DNA from: Rhabdothermincola salaria
Lineage (GTDB): Bacteria; Actinomycetota; Acidimicrobiia; Acidimicrobiales; Acidimicrobilacustridaceae
DNA length: 20,000 bases
Assembly: GCF_021246445.1 (NCBI RefSeq)
Contig: NZ_JAJQXW010000001.1
Span: 1,050,168 to 1,070,167, forward strand
Direction of reading: 5' to 3'
Program-made: the position numbers and the translations under genes
The notes under the pieces: model-generated
Databases searched by the model: none
Told to the model about the DNA's origin: nothing
What the model saw: the letters and a program-made list of their open reading frames with translations, nothing else
Shown here: piece after piece, positions 7,884 to 20,000 of the stretch
Layout: each line of letters begins with the position of its first letter
Position numbering within the stretch: the stretch's first letter is position 1

Positions 7884-7911
7884 TCAGGTCCCGTCGAGTG
7901 GCCGCCCCGCG

Positions 7912-8628
7912 TCAGCCCACCTCGGCGGCGACGGCCACGGCGGCCGCCACCGGATCGACGGCCCGGGTGACGGCCCGACCGATCACCAGGAGGTCGGCGC
8001 CGCCGGCGAGGGCGGCCGCCGGGGTGGCGGGGCGGGCCTGGTCGTGCGCATCGGCGCCGGCCGGGCGGATGCCGGGCACGACCCGGACCAGGCCCGGGGC
8101 CAGCCGGGTGGCCTCGGCCAGGTCGGAGGCGGCGCACACCACTCCCCCGGCGCCGGCGGCGACGGCCACACCCAGACGGTCGGCCAGGGCCGTGGGGTCG
8201 GCTCCCTCGCTGGTGAGCACGGTGACCCCGAGCACGGTGGGCTCGGGCAGCCCGACGGCGGCGGCCCCGGCGGCCATCCCCTCCACCCCCGCGGCCAGGT
8301 GCTCGACCCCGGCACGGGTGTGCACCGTGAGGTAGCGGGCCCCGAGGGTGCCCACCACCCGCGACGCCTTCTCGACGGTGGTGGGGATGTCGAGGAACTT
8401 GAGGTCGGCGAACACGTCGAGGCCCTCGGCCGCGACCGCACCGATCGCGTCGGGGCCGGCGGCGCTGTACAGCTCGAGGCCCACCTTGGCCACCCCGAAC
8501 CAGGGGCGCAACAGCCGGACCAGGCGGAGGGCTTCGACGAGGTCGTCCACGTCGAGCGCCAGCGCCAGCCGGGCGCGCACCTCGGGCGGTGCCCCCGACG
8601 CGACGTCGGCCGTCCGGTCAGCGGGCAT
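7912..8628 (-). CDS. pyrF: Orotidine-5'-phosphate decarboxylase
   Basis: LALALD, AKVGLEL, FADLKFLDIPTTV, VTVLTS, VVPGIRP, LLVIGRAVT. Confidence 0.97.
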   Translation of the reverse strand: MPADRTADVASGAPPEVRARLALALDVDDLVEALRLVRLLRPWFGVAKVGLELYSAAGPDAIGAVAAEGLDVFADLKFLDIPTTVEKASRVVGTLGARYLTVHTRAGVEHLAAGVEGMAAGAAAVGLPEPTVLGVTVLTSEGADPTALADRLGVAVAAGAGGVVCAASDLAEATRLAPGLVRVVPGIRPAGADAHDQARPATPAAALAGGADLLVIGRAVTRAVDPVAAAVAVAAEVG

Positions 8629-9567
8629 GGGCGTCCCCGATCAGTTCGGCCACGGCCGTGACCCCGTGCTCGTGGCACCAGTCCTCGGCCTCGTCGAGCA
8701 CCCGGCCCACCGCCCGGGGGTCGGCGAAGCTGGCCGTGCCGACCTCGACGGCCGAGGCGCCGGCCAGCATGAGCTCGATCGCGTCGACCCCGCGCGCCAC
8801 GCCACCGACCCCGACGATGGGCAGCTCGGGTCGAGCGGCGTGCACGTCGTACACGGCCCGCACAGCCACCGGATGGATGGCCGGACCCGAGAGCCCCCCT
8901 CCCCCACCGCCGAGCAAGGGACGGCGGGCCTCGGTGTCGATGACCATCCCCAGGACCGTGTTGACCAGCACCACCGCCTCGGCTCCGGCATCGTGCGCCG
9001 CCGCCGCGATGGAGGCCAGGTCGCTCACGTTGGGGCTCAGCTTGGCCCACATGGGCCGGCCGCAACCGGCGGCCGCCTGCACCGCCTCGGCGGTCGTGGC
9101 GGGCGAATGGGCGAACATGCGGTTGCGGTCGTGGTGGTTCGGGCAGCTCACGTTGACCTCGACGGCCACCACCTCGGCGGGCGCCTCGGCGAGCGCCTCG
9201 GCGGCCCGGCGGTAGTCGTCGACGGTCGTCCCCCATATGGAGGCCACCACGGTGGCGCCGGTGTCCAGCACCGCCGGCAGCTCGCGGTCGAGCCACGCCG
9301 CCACCCCCGGGCCCTGGAGCCCCACACTGTTGATCATGCCGGCCGGGGTCTCGTGCACCCGAGGCGCGGGGTTGCCGGGCCACGGATCGGCCGAGAGCGA
9401 CTTGACCACCACGGCACCGAGTCGGGCCAGGTCGACGTAGGCGGCCAGCTCGTCGCCGTGCCCCGCCGTGCCCGAGGCGGTGAGCACGGGGGCCCTCAGG
9501 TTCAGCGAGCCCACCTGCGTGGAGAGGTCGACCGCCGGCCTCTCCGTCGCGGCGGCGCGGCGTCGCC

Positions 9568-9571
<4 letters not shown>
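8618..9571 (-). CDS. pyrD: Dihydroorotate dehydrogenase, family 1 (1B-like catalytic subunit)
   Basis: [20 protein letters not shown] (catalytic Cys), [26 protein letters not shown]. Confidence 0.95.
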
Positions 9572-12860
<3,289 letters not shown>

Positions 12861-12861
<1 letters not shown>

Positions 12862-13976
12862 CAGTGCTTCTTTCCGAAGTCGTCCATGAGGTCGTCGAAG
12901 AGGTCGAAGAGGTAGGCCGCGTCGTGGGGGCCGGGGCCGGCCTCGGGGTGGTACTGCACGCTGAAGGCAGGCACGTCGGTGCAGCGGATGCCCTCGACGA
13001 CGCCGTCGTTGAGGTTGCGGTGGGTGACCTCGACCCGCCCCCCCAGGGAGCCGTCGTCGACGGCGTAGTTGTGGTTCTGGCTGGTGATCTCCACGCCGCC
13101 GTCGGCGAGGTGGCGCACGGGATGGTTGCCGCCGTGGTGGCCGAAGGGGAGCTTGTAGGTCTCGGCTCCCAGCGCGGTGGCCAACAGCTGGTGGCCCAGG
13201 CAGATGCCGAACACCGGCACCTCGCCGAGGAGCCCGTCGACGATCTGGGGCACGCCGGTGACGGCGGCCGGGTCGCCGGGGCCGTTGGAGAGGAACACCC
13301 CGTCAGGGCGCCGGGCCAGCACCTCGGCCGCAGGGGTGTCGGCCGGCACCACCTCCACCGAGGCGATGCCCGACAGGTGCCGCAGGATCGTGGTCTTGAT
13401 CCCGTAGTCGTAGGCCACCACCCGACGGGGCGGGCGACCCTCGGGGCCGGCGTAGGCCACCTCGTAGGGGTGCCCGCAGGTGACCTGGCGCACCAGGTCG
13501 AGGCCGTCGGTGCCCGGCTCGGCGGTCGCCGCCGCGGTGAGGGTGGCGAGGTCGGCGGTTCCGAACGCACCGGGCATGGAGCCGGCATCGCGGATGTGAC
13601 GGGTGAGACGACGGGTGTCGACGCCGCCGATCCCCGCCACCCCGGCGGTGCGCAGGAACCCGTCGAGGTCGGCCTCGCTGCGCCAGCTGCTGCGGCGGCG
13701 GGCCATCTCGCGCACGATGACCCCGCGACAGAACGGCCGGCGAGACTCGTCGTCGGCGGGGGTCACCCCGTAGTTGCCGATGTGGGGGTAGGTGAAGGTG
13801 ATGATCTGCCCGGCGTAGGACGGATCGGTGATGATCTCCTGATAGCCGGTGAGGGCGGTGTTGAACACCACCTCGCCGGTGGCGACGCCGCCGGGGGCGT
13901 CGGCGCCGAGCGCCTCGCCCTCGAACACGGTGCCGTCGGCGAGCACCAGGTGCGCCTCGGTGATGTCTCGGCTCAT
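12861..13976 (-). CDS. carA: Carbamoyl-phosphate synthase small subunit
   Basis: [55 protein letters not shown] at 13976 overlaps the pyrC stop (ATGA). Confidence 0.98.
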
Positions 13977-15307
13977 CGGGTGGCCTTTCCGTCTCGAACG
14001 GTCGGTTCGCCGCACAGCAGGGTGTGGCGGACCCTGCCGCGCACGGTGCGTCCGGCGTAGGGGGTGTTGCGGCTGCGGCTGGCCAGGTGGGCGGGTTCGA
14101 CCGTCCACTCCTCCTCGGGATCGATGACCACCAGGTGGGCAGGGGCGTCGGCGACGACCGGGCCCCCGTGCACGCCGTCCAGGCCGGCGATGGCAGCCGG
14201 TCGCCAGGACATGAGGGCCAGCACCTCGGGAAGGGTGAGCAGCCCGGGTTCGACCAGCTCGGTGATGGCCAGCGCCAGCGCCGTCTCCAGGCCGAGCATC
14301 CCGCACGGGGCCTCGTCGAATGGCGCTTCCTTGACTTCCTGGGTGTGCGGGGCGTGGTCGGTGGCGATGGCGTCGATGGTGCCGTCGACGAGACCGGCCT
14401 TCACCGCGGCGACGTCGTCGTCGTCGCGCAGCGGTGGGTTCACCTTGAAGGTCGGGTCGTAGGAGGCCACCTCGGCGTGGGTCAGCGTGAAGTGGTGGGG
14501 TGTGGCCTCGGCGGTGACGGGGAGGCCCTTGGCCTTGGCCTGGCGCACCAGCTCCACCGCGCCGGCGGTGGAGAGGTGCTGGAAGTGCACCCGGGCACCC
14601 GTGAGGCGCGACAGGGCGATGTCGCGGAAGACCATGAGCTCCTCGGCCTCGGCGGGGATGCCGGGGATGCCCAGGCGGCTCGACCACGCCCCCTCGTGCA
14701 TGTGGCCGCCTTCGCTGAGCGCTTCCACCTCGCAGTGCTGGGCGAGGGTGAGGTCGAGCCCCGAGGCGTACTCGAGCGCCCGTCGCATGAGGCGGTCGTC
14801 CTGCACCCCGTTGCCGTCGTCGGTGAAGATCTGCACACCGAGGTCGGCCATCTCGGCCATGGGCGACAGGGCCTCACCCCGGCGGCCGGCGGTGATGGAC
14901 CCGGCCACGCGCACGTCGCAGAGACCGGCCTCGGCCCCCGCCTCCAGGACCTGGCGCACGATGCCGGCGGAGTCGATGGCCGGTTCGGTGTTGGGCATGG
15001 CCACCACCGCCGTGTACCCGCCGAGGGCGGCGGCCCGGCTGCCGGTCTCGATGGTCTCGGCCTCCTCGCGCCCGGGCTCGCGCAGGTGGGTGTGCAGGTC
15101 GACGAGGCCGGGAGCCACCACGCACCCGGCGCAGTCGAGCACGTCGGCGTCGGCGAGACCCAGCGCGGTGAGGTCGAGGTCGGTGCCGACGGCGGCGATG
15201 GTGCCGTCGGGCCGGACGGCCACGTCGGCGACCTGTTCGCCGGTGGCGTCGACGACCCGGCCGCCCTGGAGCAGCCGGCCGGTAGAGGTGGTGGACGGTG
15301 GCGTCAT
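13973..15307 (-). CDS. pyrC: Dihydroorotase
   Basis: [42 protein letters not shown]. Confidence 0.97.
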   Translation of the reverse strand: MTPPSTTSTGRLLQGGRVVDATGEQVADVAVRPDGTIAAVGTDLDLTALGLADADVLDCAGCVVAPGLVDLHTHLREPGREEAETIETGSRAAALGGYTAVVAMPNTEPAIDSAGIVRQVLEAGAEAGLCDVRVAGSITAGRRGEALSPMAEMADLGVQIFTDDGNGVQDDRLMRRALEYASGLDLTLAQHCEVEALSEGGHMHEGAWSSRLGIPGIPAEAEELMVFRDIALSRLTGARVHFQHLSTAGAVELVRQAKAKGLPVTAEATPHHFTLTHAEVASYDPTFKVNPPLRDDDDVAAVKAGLVDGTIDAIATDHAPHTQEVKEAPFDEAPCGMLGLETALALAITELVEPGLLTLPEVLALMSWRPAAIAGLDGVHGGPVVADAPAHLVVIDPEEEWTVEPAHLASRSRNTPYAGRTVRGRVRHTLLCGEPTVRDGKATR

Positions 15308-15364
15308 CGGCAGGGGGTCCTTCGGGTCGGGGGGAGGTGGGCGGGTGCGGCGAGCTGGTGAGGG

Positions 15365-16342
15365 TCAGGCATCCTCACCACCCCACTCGGTACCGCTACC
15401 CAGCAGGAGGAAGAGCACCGCCATGCGCACGGCCACACCGTTGCGGACCTGATCGACGATCACGGCGCCCGGCCGGTCAGCGACCTCGGCGGCGATCTCG
15501 ACGCCCCGGTTCATGGGGCCCGGGTGCATGATCAGCGCATCGTCGGGGAGGCGATCGGCTCGACGGGTGGTGAGGCCGAAGGTGGCGGTGTACTCGCGCA
15601 GCGAGGGGATCAGGGCCTCGGTCATGCGTTCGCGTTGCATGCGCAGCAGGTAGCAGACGTCGGTGTGGGGCAGCACGCCGTCGAGGTCGTGGGAGACCCG
15701 CACGGGCCACCCCTCCAGGCTGGGAGGCAGCAGCGTGGGCGGGGCCACGAGGGTGACCTCGGCGCCGAGGGCGGTGAACGCGGCGACGTTGGAGCGGGCC
15801 ACCCGGGAGTGCTTGACGTCGCCGACGATGGCGATGTGTTTGCCGGCGAAACTCCCCGCGTGCTGGCGGATGGTGTAGCAGTCGAGCAGGGCCTGGGTGG
15901 GGTGCTCGTGCCACCCGTCGCCGGCGTTGACGACCGCGGCGTCGGTCCACCGGGCCACCTGGCGGGGCACACCGGACGAACCGTGGCGCACCACGATGGC
16001 GTCGACCCCCATCGCCTCGATGGTCTCGATGGTGTCTCGGAGGCTCTCGCCCTTCTTGACCGACGACGTCGACACCGAGAAGTTCATGGTGTCGGCCGAC
16101 AAGCGCTTGGCTGCGGTCTCGAAGCTGAGGCGGGTCCGGGTGGAGTCCTCGAAGAACAGCGACACCACCGTGCGGCCCCGCAGGGTCGGCACCTTGGGGA
16201 TGATGCGCTCGCTCACCTCGACGAAGGAGTCGGTGAGGCCCATCACCTCGTCGATGCCGGAGGCCACGTCGGGCCCCAGGTCGTCGATGCCGAGCAGGTT
16301 GCGAGCCGGGCCGGCGCGTCGGGCGGCTGCGGTGGGGCTCAC
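15365..16342 (-). CDS. pyrB: Aspartate carbamoyltransferase catalytic subunit
   Basis: [45 protein letters not shown]. Confidence 0.98.
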   Translation of the reverse strand: MSPTAAARRAGPARNLLGIDDLGPDVASGIDEVMGLTDSFVEVSERIIPKVPTLRGRTVVSLFFEDSTRTRLSFETAAKRLSADTMNFSVSTSSVKKGESLRDTIETIEAMGVDAIVVRHGSSGVPRQVARWTDAAVVNAGDGWHEHPTQALLDCYTIRQHAGSFAGKHIAIVGDVKHSRVARSNVAAFTALGAEVTLVAPPTLLPPSLEGWPVRVSHDLDGVLPHTDVCYLLRMQRERMTEALIPSLREYTATFGLTTRRADRLPDDALIMHPGPMNRGVEIAAEVADRPGAVIVDQVRNGVAVRMAVLFLLLGSGTEWGGEDA

Positions 16343-16905
16343 TTGCGCATCTCCCCCAGCTCCACGCCGTCGTCGTTCACGTTCACCACCTCGTCGCGGC
16401 GGGTGGGGAGGTTCTTGCCGACGAAATCGGGACGGATGGGCAGCTCGCGGTGGCCGCGATCGACCATCACGGCGAGCTGCACCGCCCGGGCCCGGCCGTG
16501 GTCGGCGAGGGCGTCGAGAGCGGCCCGGATGGTGCGGCCGGTGAAGAGCACGTCGTCGACCAGCACCACGATGCGTCCGTCGAGGTCGCCGGGGATGTCG
16601 GTGACGGCCTCGGGCAGCACCGGGCGCAGCCCGATGTCGTCGCGGTAGAAGGCCACGTCGAGGGTGCCCACCGGCACCTCGAGCCCCTCGATCTGGACGA
16701 GGGCCTCGGCCAGTCGTTCGGCGAGCGGGACCCCGCCGGTCTGCAGCCCGATCAGCACCAGGTCGGCGAGCCCGTGGTTGCGCTCGATGATCTCGTGGGC
16801 GATGCGGCGGGTGGCCCGCTGCACGTCCTCGGCGCTCATCACCTGGGTGCGGGCAACGAAAACGCCCCCGTACGGGGGCGTGAGGCGTCGTTCGCGTTCT
16901 GCCAC
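16339..16905 (-). CDS. pyrR: Bifunctional pyr regulator / uracil phosphoribosyltransferase PyrR (start GTG 16905; alternatives 16842 or 16839)
   Basis: [58 protein letters not shown] 8 nt before the in-frame GTG at 16905. Confidence 0.95.
   Translation of the reverse strand: MAERERRLTPPYGGVFVARTQVMSAEDVQRATRRIAHEIIERNHGLADLVLIGLQTGGVPLAERLAEALVQIEGLEVPVGTLDVAFYRDDIGLRPVLPEAVTDIPGDLDGRIVVLVDDVLFTGRTIRAALDALADHGRARAVQLAVMVDRGHRELPIRPDFVGKNLPTRRDEVVNVNDDGVELGEMRK
16855..16881 (-). terminator. Intrinsic terminator / attenuator hairpin near the pyrR start
   Basis: Perfect palindrome ACGCCCCCGTACGGGGGCGT (16862-16881) running into TTTTCGTT on the minus strand. Confidence 0.75.
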
Positions 16906-16927
16906 GTGCGTGGTCCTTCCTGTCCGT

Positions 16928-16946
16928 CCGGGCCTCACGGGACCCG
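16928..16946 (-). promoter_or_regulatory. PyrR-binding RNA stem-loop
   Basis: CGGGUCCCGUGAGGCCCGG resembles the PyrR consensus ARUCCNGNGAGGYU; directly upstream of pyrR. Confidence 0.8.
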
Positions 16947-16964
16947 CTTCACGGTCAGATGGAG

Positions 16965-16970
16965 ATCTTA
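16965..16970 (-). promoter_or_regulatory. Candidate -10 element (TAAGAT) of the pyr operon, overlapping the nusB stop
   Basis: GG-TAAGAT about 20 nt upstream of the PyrR loop. Confidence 0.55.
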
Positions 16971-17405
16971 CCGCACCTCGTCGGCGATGGCGGAGAGCAC
17001 GCCGTTCACGAAGCGGCTGCTGTCGTCGGTGGAGTACTGCTTGGCCAGCTCGACGGCCTCGTCGATGACGGCGCCGGTCGGGACGTCGGGCCGGTGCACC
17101 AGCTCGTAGGTGGCCAGGCGCAGCACGGCACGATCGAGCGCCGGCATGCGGTCGAGCTCCCAACGGTGGGAGTGGCCCACGATGAGCGAGTCCACCTCGG
17201 CGCCGTGGGCGTCGACCCCGCGCACCAGCTCGACGGCGAAGGAGTCGGGGCTCAACGGCAGCGTGGCCAGCACGTCGTCGGCCGAGAGGCCCTTGACCTC
17301 GGCCTCGTAGAGCAGGTGGAAGGCTCGCTCCCGAGCTTCGTGGCGGCCGCCGGGGACCCCGGAGGGGGCGGCGTCACGATCGGTGGCATCCCTGGGATCG
17401 CTCAC
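16968..17405 (-). CDS. nusB: Transcription antitermination factor NusB
   Basis: [61 protein letters not shown] overlaps the efp stop. Confidence 0.96.
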   Translation of the reverse strand: MSDPRDATDRDAAPSGVPGGRHEARERAFHLLYEAEVKGLSADDVLATLPLSPDSFAVELVRGVDAHGAEVDSLIVGHSHRWELDRMPALDRAVLRLATYELVHRPDVPTGAVIDEAVELAKQYSTDDSSRFVNGVLSAIADEVR

Positions 17406-17965
17406 GCCCGGGTGATGTACTCGCCGGTGCGGGTGTCGACCTTCACGCGCTCGCCCGGACCCACGAACAGCGGCACCTGCACGACGAGGCCCGTTTCGAG
17501 GGTGGCCGGCTTGCGGGCGCCCGACACGCGGTCGCCCTGGATGCCCGGCTCGGTCTCGGCGATGTTGAGCTCGACTGCGGCGGGCAGCTCGACCCCCACG
17601 ATCTCGTCGCCGAACATCTTGAGCACCGCGTCGGAGTTCTCGACGAGGAAGTTGGCGGCCTCGCCCAGCGACGACGGACCCACGTTGAGCTGGTCGTAGG
17701 TGGTGGAGTCCATGAAGACGTAGTCGTCGCCGGCGCGGTACAGGAACTGCATGTCGCGCTTGTCGATCATGGCCCGCTCGACCTTCTCGCCGGCGCGGAA
17801 CGTGCGGTCGACCGTGGCGCCGCTGCGGACGTTGCGCAGCGTGGTGCGCACGAAGGCCCCACCCTTGCCCGGCTTGACGTGCTGGAACTCGACGACCTCG
17901 AAGAGGCCGCCATCGAGCTCGAGCGTCATCCCGTTCTTGAGGTCGTTGGTGGTGATCGTGGGCAT
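17402..17965 (-). CDS. efp: Elongation factor P
   Basis: [62 protein letters not shown]. Confidence 0.98.
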   Translation of the reverse strand: MPTITTNDLKNGMTLELDGGLFEVVEFQHVKPGKGGAFVRTTLRNVRSGATVDRTFRAGEKVERAMIDKRDMQFLYRAGDDYVFMDSTTYDQLNVGPSSLGEAANFLVENSDAVLKMFGDEIVGVELPAAVELNIAETEPGIQGDRVSGARKPATLETGLVVQVPLFVGPGERVKVDTRTGEYITRA

Positions 17966-18000
17966 GGCGAACCTTCTCGGGGCGAGGGGCAGCGCGCCGA

Positions 18001-19131
18001 TCAGGGCGCGGTGAGCTTGGGGGTGAGGGTGAGGGGGCGGTTGCCGTCGGTGGTGACGACCAGCGAGTCCTCGACCCGCACGCCGCCGTGCTCGGGCAGG
18101 TACACACCCGGCTCGACAGTGACCACCTGGCCGGCGTCGAGCGTAGCATCGCTGGATCCGGCCACCCTCGGGGCCTCGTGGATGTCGAGGCCCACCCCGT
18201 GACCGGTGCCGTGGGTGAAGGCGTCCGCCCACCCGGCCGCGGCGATGACGCCGCGACAGGCGGCGTCGACCTCGGAAGCGGCCACGCCGGCGGCGACGGC
18301 AGCCACCCCGGCGGCCTGGGCCTCGGTGACCACGGCGAGCATCCGGGCCTGGACCTCGGTCGGCTCGCCGACCATCAGCGTGCGGGTCATGTCGGAGCAA
18401 TAGCCGTCAACCACGGCCCCGAAGTCGAGCACGACCAGGTCGCCCTCACCGATCCGCCGATCGGAAGGGCGGGCGTGGGGCAGAGCCCCGTTGGGGCCGG
18501 AGGCCACGATGGTCTCGAAGCTGGGGCGACTGGCCCCCAGTCGGCGCATGGCGGTGTCGAGCTCGAGACCGAACTCGGCCTCGGTGGGTCCCTCGAGCAG
18601 CCGGTGGCGCACCGACGCCAGGGCGGCGTCGGCCACGGCGGCCGCCGCCCCCATGCGGGCCAGCTCGGCGTCGTCCTTGACCAGGCGCAGCTCCTCGACC
18701 AGGCCTGAGGTGGGCACCAGCTCCCGGCCGGGGAACCAGTCCTCGGCGTAGCGGCGTTGCGCGGCCCAGCTGACGTGCTCGGCCTCGAGGCCCACGGTGC
18801 CGGTGCCGCCGACGGCATCGGCGACGATGCGGCGCTGCTCGGTGCTGGTGATCTCGATGCGGGCCCCGATGTCGGCGCCGCCGACCTGCTGGGCGGCCTG
18901 GGCGTCGTAGCGGCCGTCGGTCACGAAGACGACGCCGTCGGTGGTGACGACCAGCAACCCGGCCGAGCCGGTGAAGCCGGTGAGGTGGCGCACGTTGGTG
19001 AGGTGGGTGATCAGGAGGGCGTCGACGCCCGCGGGCGGGAGCAGGGAGCGGAGGCGGTCGATGCGGGCTCGGTGGTCGACGTTCGGCAGGGTGCGCAGCG
19101 TCGTCGCCAGGTCGGCGGCCGGCGCGCTCAT
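18001..19131 (-). CDS. pepQ: Xaa-Pro peptidase (M24 family, aminopeptidase P/PepQ-like)
   Basis: [63 protein letters not shown] at 19131 overlaps the aroQ stop. Confidence 0.93.
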   Translation of the reverse strand: MSAPAADLATTLRTLPNVDHRARIDRLRSLLPPAGVDALLITHLTNVRHLTGFTGSAGLLVVTTDGVVFVTDGRYDAQAAQQVGGADIGARIEITSTEQRRIVADAVGGTGTVGLEAEHVSWAAQRRYAEDWFPGRELVPTSGLVEELRLVKDDAELARMGAAAAVADAALASVRHRLLEGPTEAEFGLELDTAMRRLGASRPSFETIVASGPNGALPHARPSDRRIGEGDLVVLDFGAVVDGYCSDMTRTLMVGEPTEVQARMLAVVTEAQAAGVAAVAAGVAASEVDAACRGVIAAAGWADAFTHGTGHGVGLDIHEAPRVAGSSDATLDAGQVVTVEPGVYLPEHGGVRVEDSLVVTTDGNRPLTLTPKLTAP

Positions 19132-19586
19132 CGGGGTGGGGCTTCCAGCAGGGCCGCCACCGCATCGATGGCCAGGTCGTAGCCGTCGCCGCCGAACCCG
19201 GCGATCACACCGGTGGCCACCGGGCTCACGACCGACGTGTGACGCCAGGCCTCGCGGCTGTCGGGGTTGGAGAGGTGGAGCTCGACGATGGGGCCGTCGA
19301 AGGACGCGAGGGCGTCGTGCAGCCCCCAGGCGTAGTGCGTGAACGCCCCGGCGTTCACGACGATGGCCGCCGCCCGACCACGCGCCGAGTGGACGGCGGC
19401 GACCATCTCCCCCTCGTGGGCGGTCTGCAGGTGGTCGAGGGCCAGGCCGTGGGACTCGGCGCGTCGCCGGGCCCGGTCGACGTGGTCGGCGAGGGTGGCC
19501 GTGCCGTAGATCTCGGGCTGGCGCTCGCCGAGGAGATCGAGGTTGGGGCCCGACAACAACAGCACCAGGGCGGGTTCGGTGGTCAT
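19128..19586 (-). CDS. aroQ: Type II 3-dehydroquinate dehydratase
   Basis: GPNLDLLGERQPEIYG, NAGAFTHY, VELHLSNP..REAWRHTS, GVIAGFG. Confidence 0.96.
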   Translation of the reverse strand: MTTEPALVLLLSGPNLDLLGERQPEIYGTATLADHVDRARRRAESHGLALDHLQTAHEGEMVAAVHSARGRAAAIVVNAGAFTHYAWGLHDALASFDGPIVELHLSNPDSREAWRHTSVVSPVATGVIAGFGGDGYDLAIDAVAALLEAPPR

Positions 19587-20000
19587 GTCGGCCTCCCGGT
19601 CTGAGGGTCGTCGGGGGTGCGCACGGCGTCGATGGCGTCGGCGATGACCGAGCGGTCGACCCCGGTGACCGACTCGACGCCATCGGGGCCGTCGAGGACG
19701 AAGGTCAGGCCGTGCAGGGCCTTCTTGTCGCGCCCCATCAGCTCGATGAGCTCGGCGGTGGCAAGACCCGGTGGTAGGGCGTCGGGCAGGTCGTAGGCGG
19801 ACACCACCCGTCGGTGCTCGGCCACGGCGTCGGCGTCGATCCGACCGAGGCGGTGAGCCAGCTCGCCGGCGAAGACGAGGCCCACGGCCACCGCTTCGCC
19901 GTGGCGCAGGTCGTGATGGCCGGCGATCTCGATGGCGTGGGCGAGAGTGTGGCCGTAGTTGAGGATGGCCCGGCGCCCGCCTTCTCGTTCGTCGCCGGCC
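19583..20000 (-). CDS. aroB: 3-dehydroquinate synthase, C-terminal part (5' end outside the window)
   Basis: DEREGGRRAILNYGHTLAHAIE...LRHGEAVAVG, MGRDKK; stop overlaps the aroQ ATG. Confidence 0.95.
   Translation of the reverse strand, partial: AGDEREGGRRAILNYGHTLAHAIEIAGHHDLRHGEAVAVGLVFAGELAHRLGRIDADAVAEHRRVVSAYDLPDALPPGLATAELIELMGRDKKALHGLTFVLDGPDGVESVTGVDRSVIADAIDAVRTPDDPQTGRPT

Noticed and set aside
4577..7911. Three-gene insertion as a mobile element or genomic island
   Set aside because: No integrase, transposase, tRNA target or flanking direct repeats seen, and base composition looks like the flanks by eye.
15308..15364. Second PyrR-binding site between pyrB and pyrC
   Set aside because: The spacer is C-rich with only an SD (GAAGGA); there is no UCCNGNGAGG motif.

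Overview
High-GC actinobacterial core-genome region (probably Acidimicrobiia-like; taxonomy is an inference from protein style). All credible genes are on the minus strand. In transcription order: aroB (partial), aroQ, Xaa-Pro peptidase, efp, nusB, pyrR, pyrB, pyrC, carA, carB, pyrD, pyrF, then a three-gene insertion (MpaB/Lcp-like DUF2236 oxygenase, LLM-class oxidoreductase, TetR regulator), then mihF, gmk, rpoZ, coaBC, metK and priA (partial). No mobile element, CRISPR array or tRNA/rRNA gene was seen. Main points of interest: (i) a candidate PyrR-binding loop, antiterminator and U-tailed terminator around the pyrR start, with the terminator inside the likely pyrR reading frame; (ii) the oxygenase/LLM/TetR insertion with palindromic operator candidates; (iii) a priA frame that runs open from the metK amber stop, with an SD-ACG candidate start, a clamp-motif-like QPSFDF and no Walker A; (iv) family-1 pyrD without an adjacent pyrK; (v) EF-P with PGKGG rather than PGKGP.
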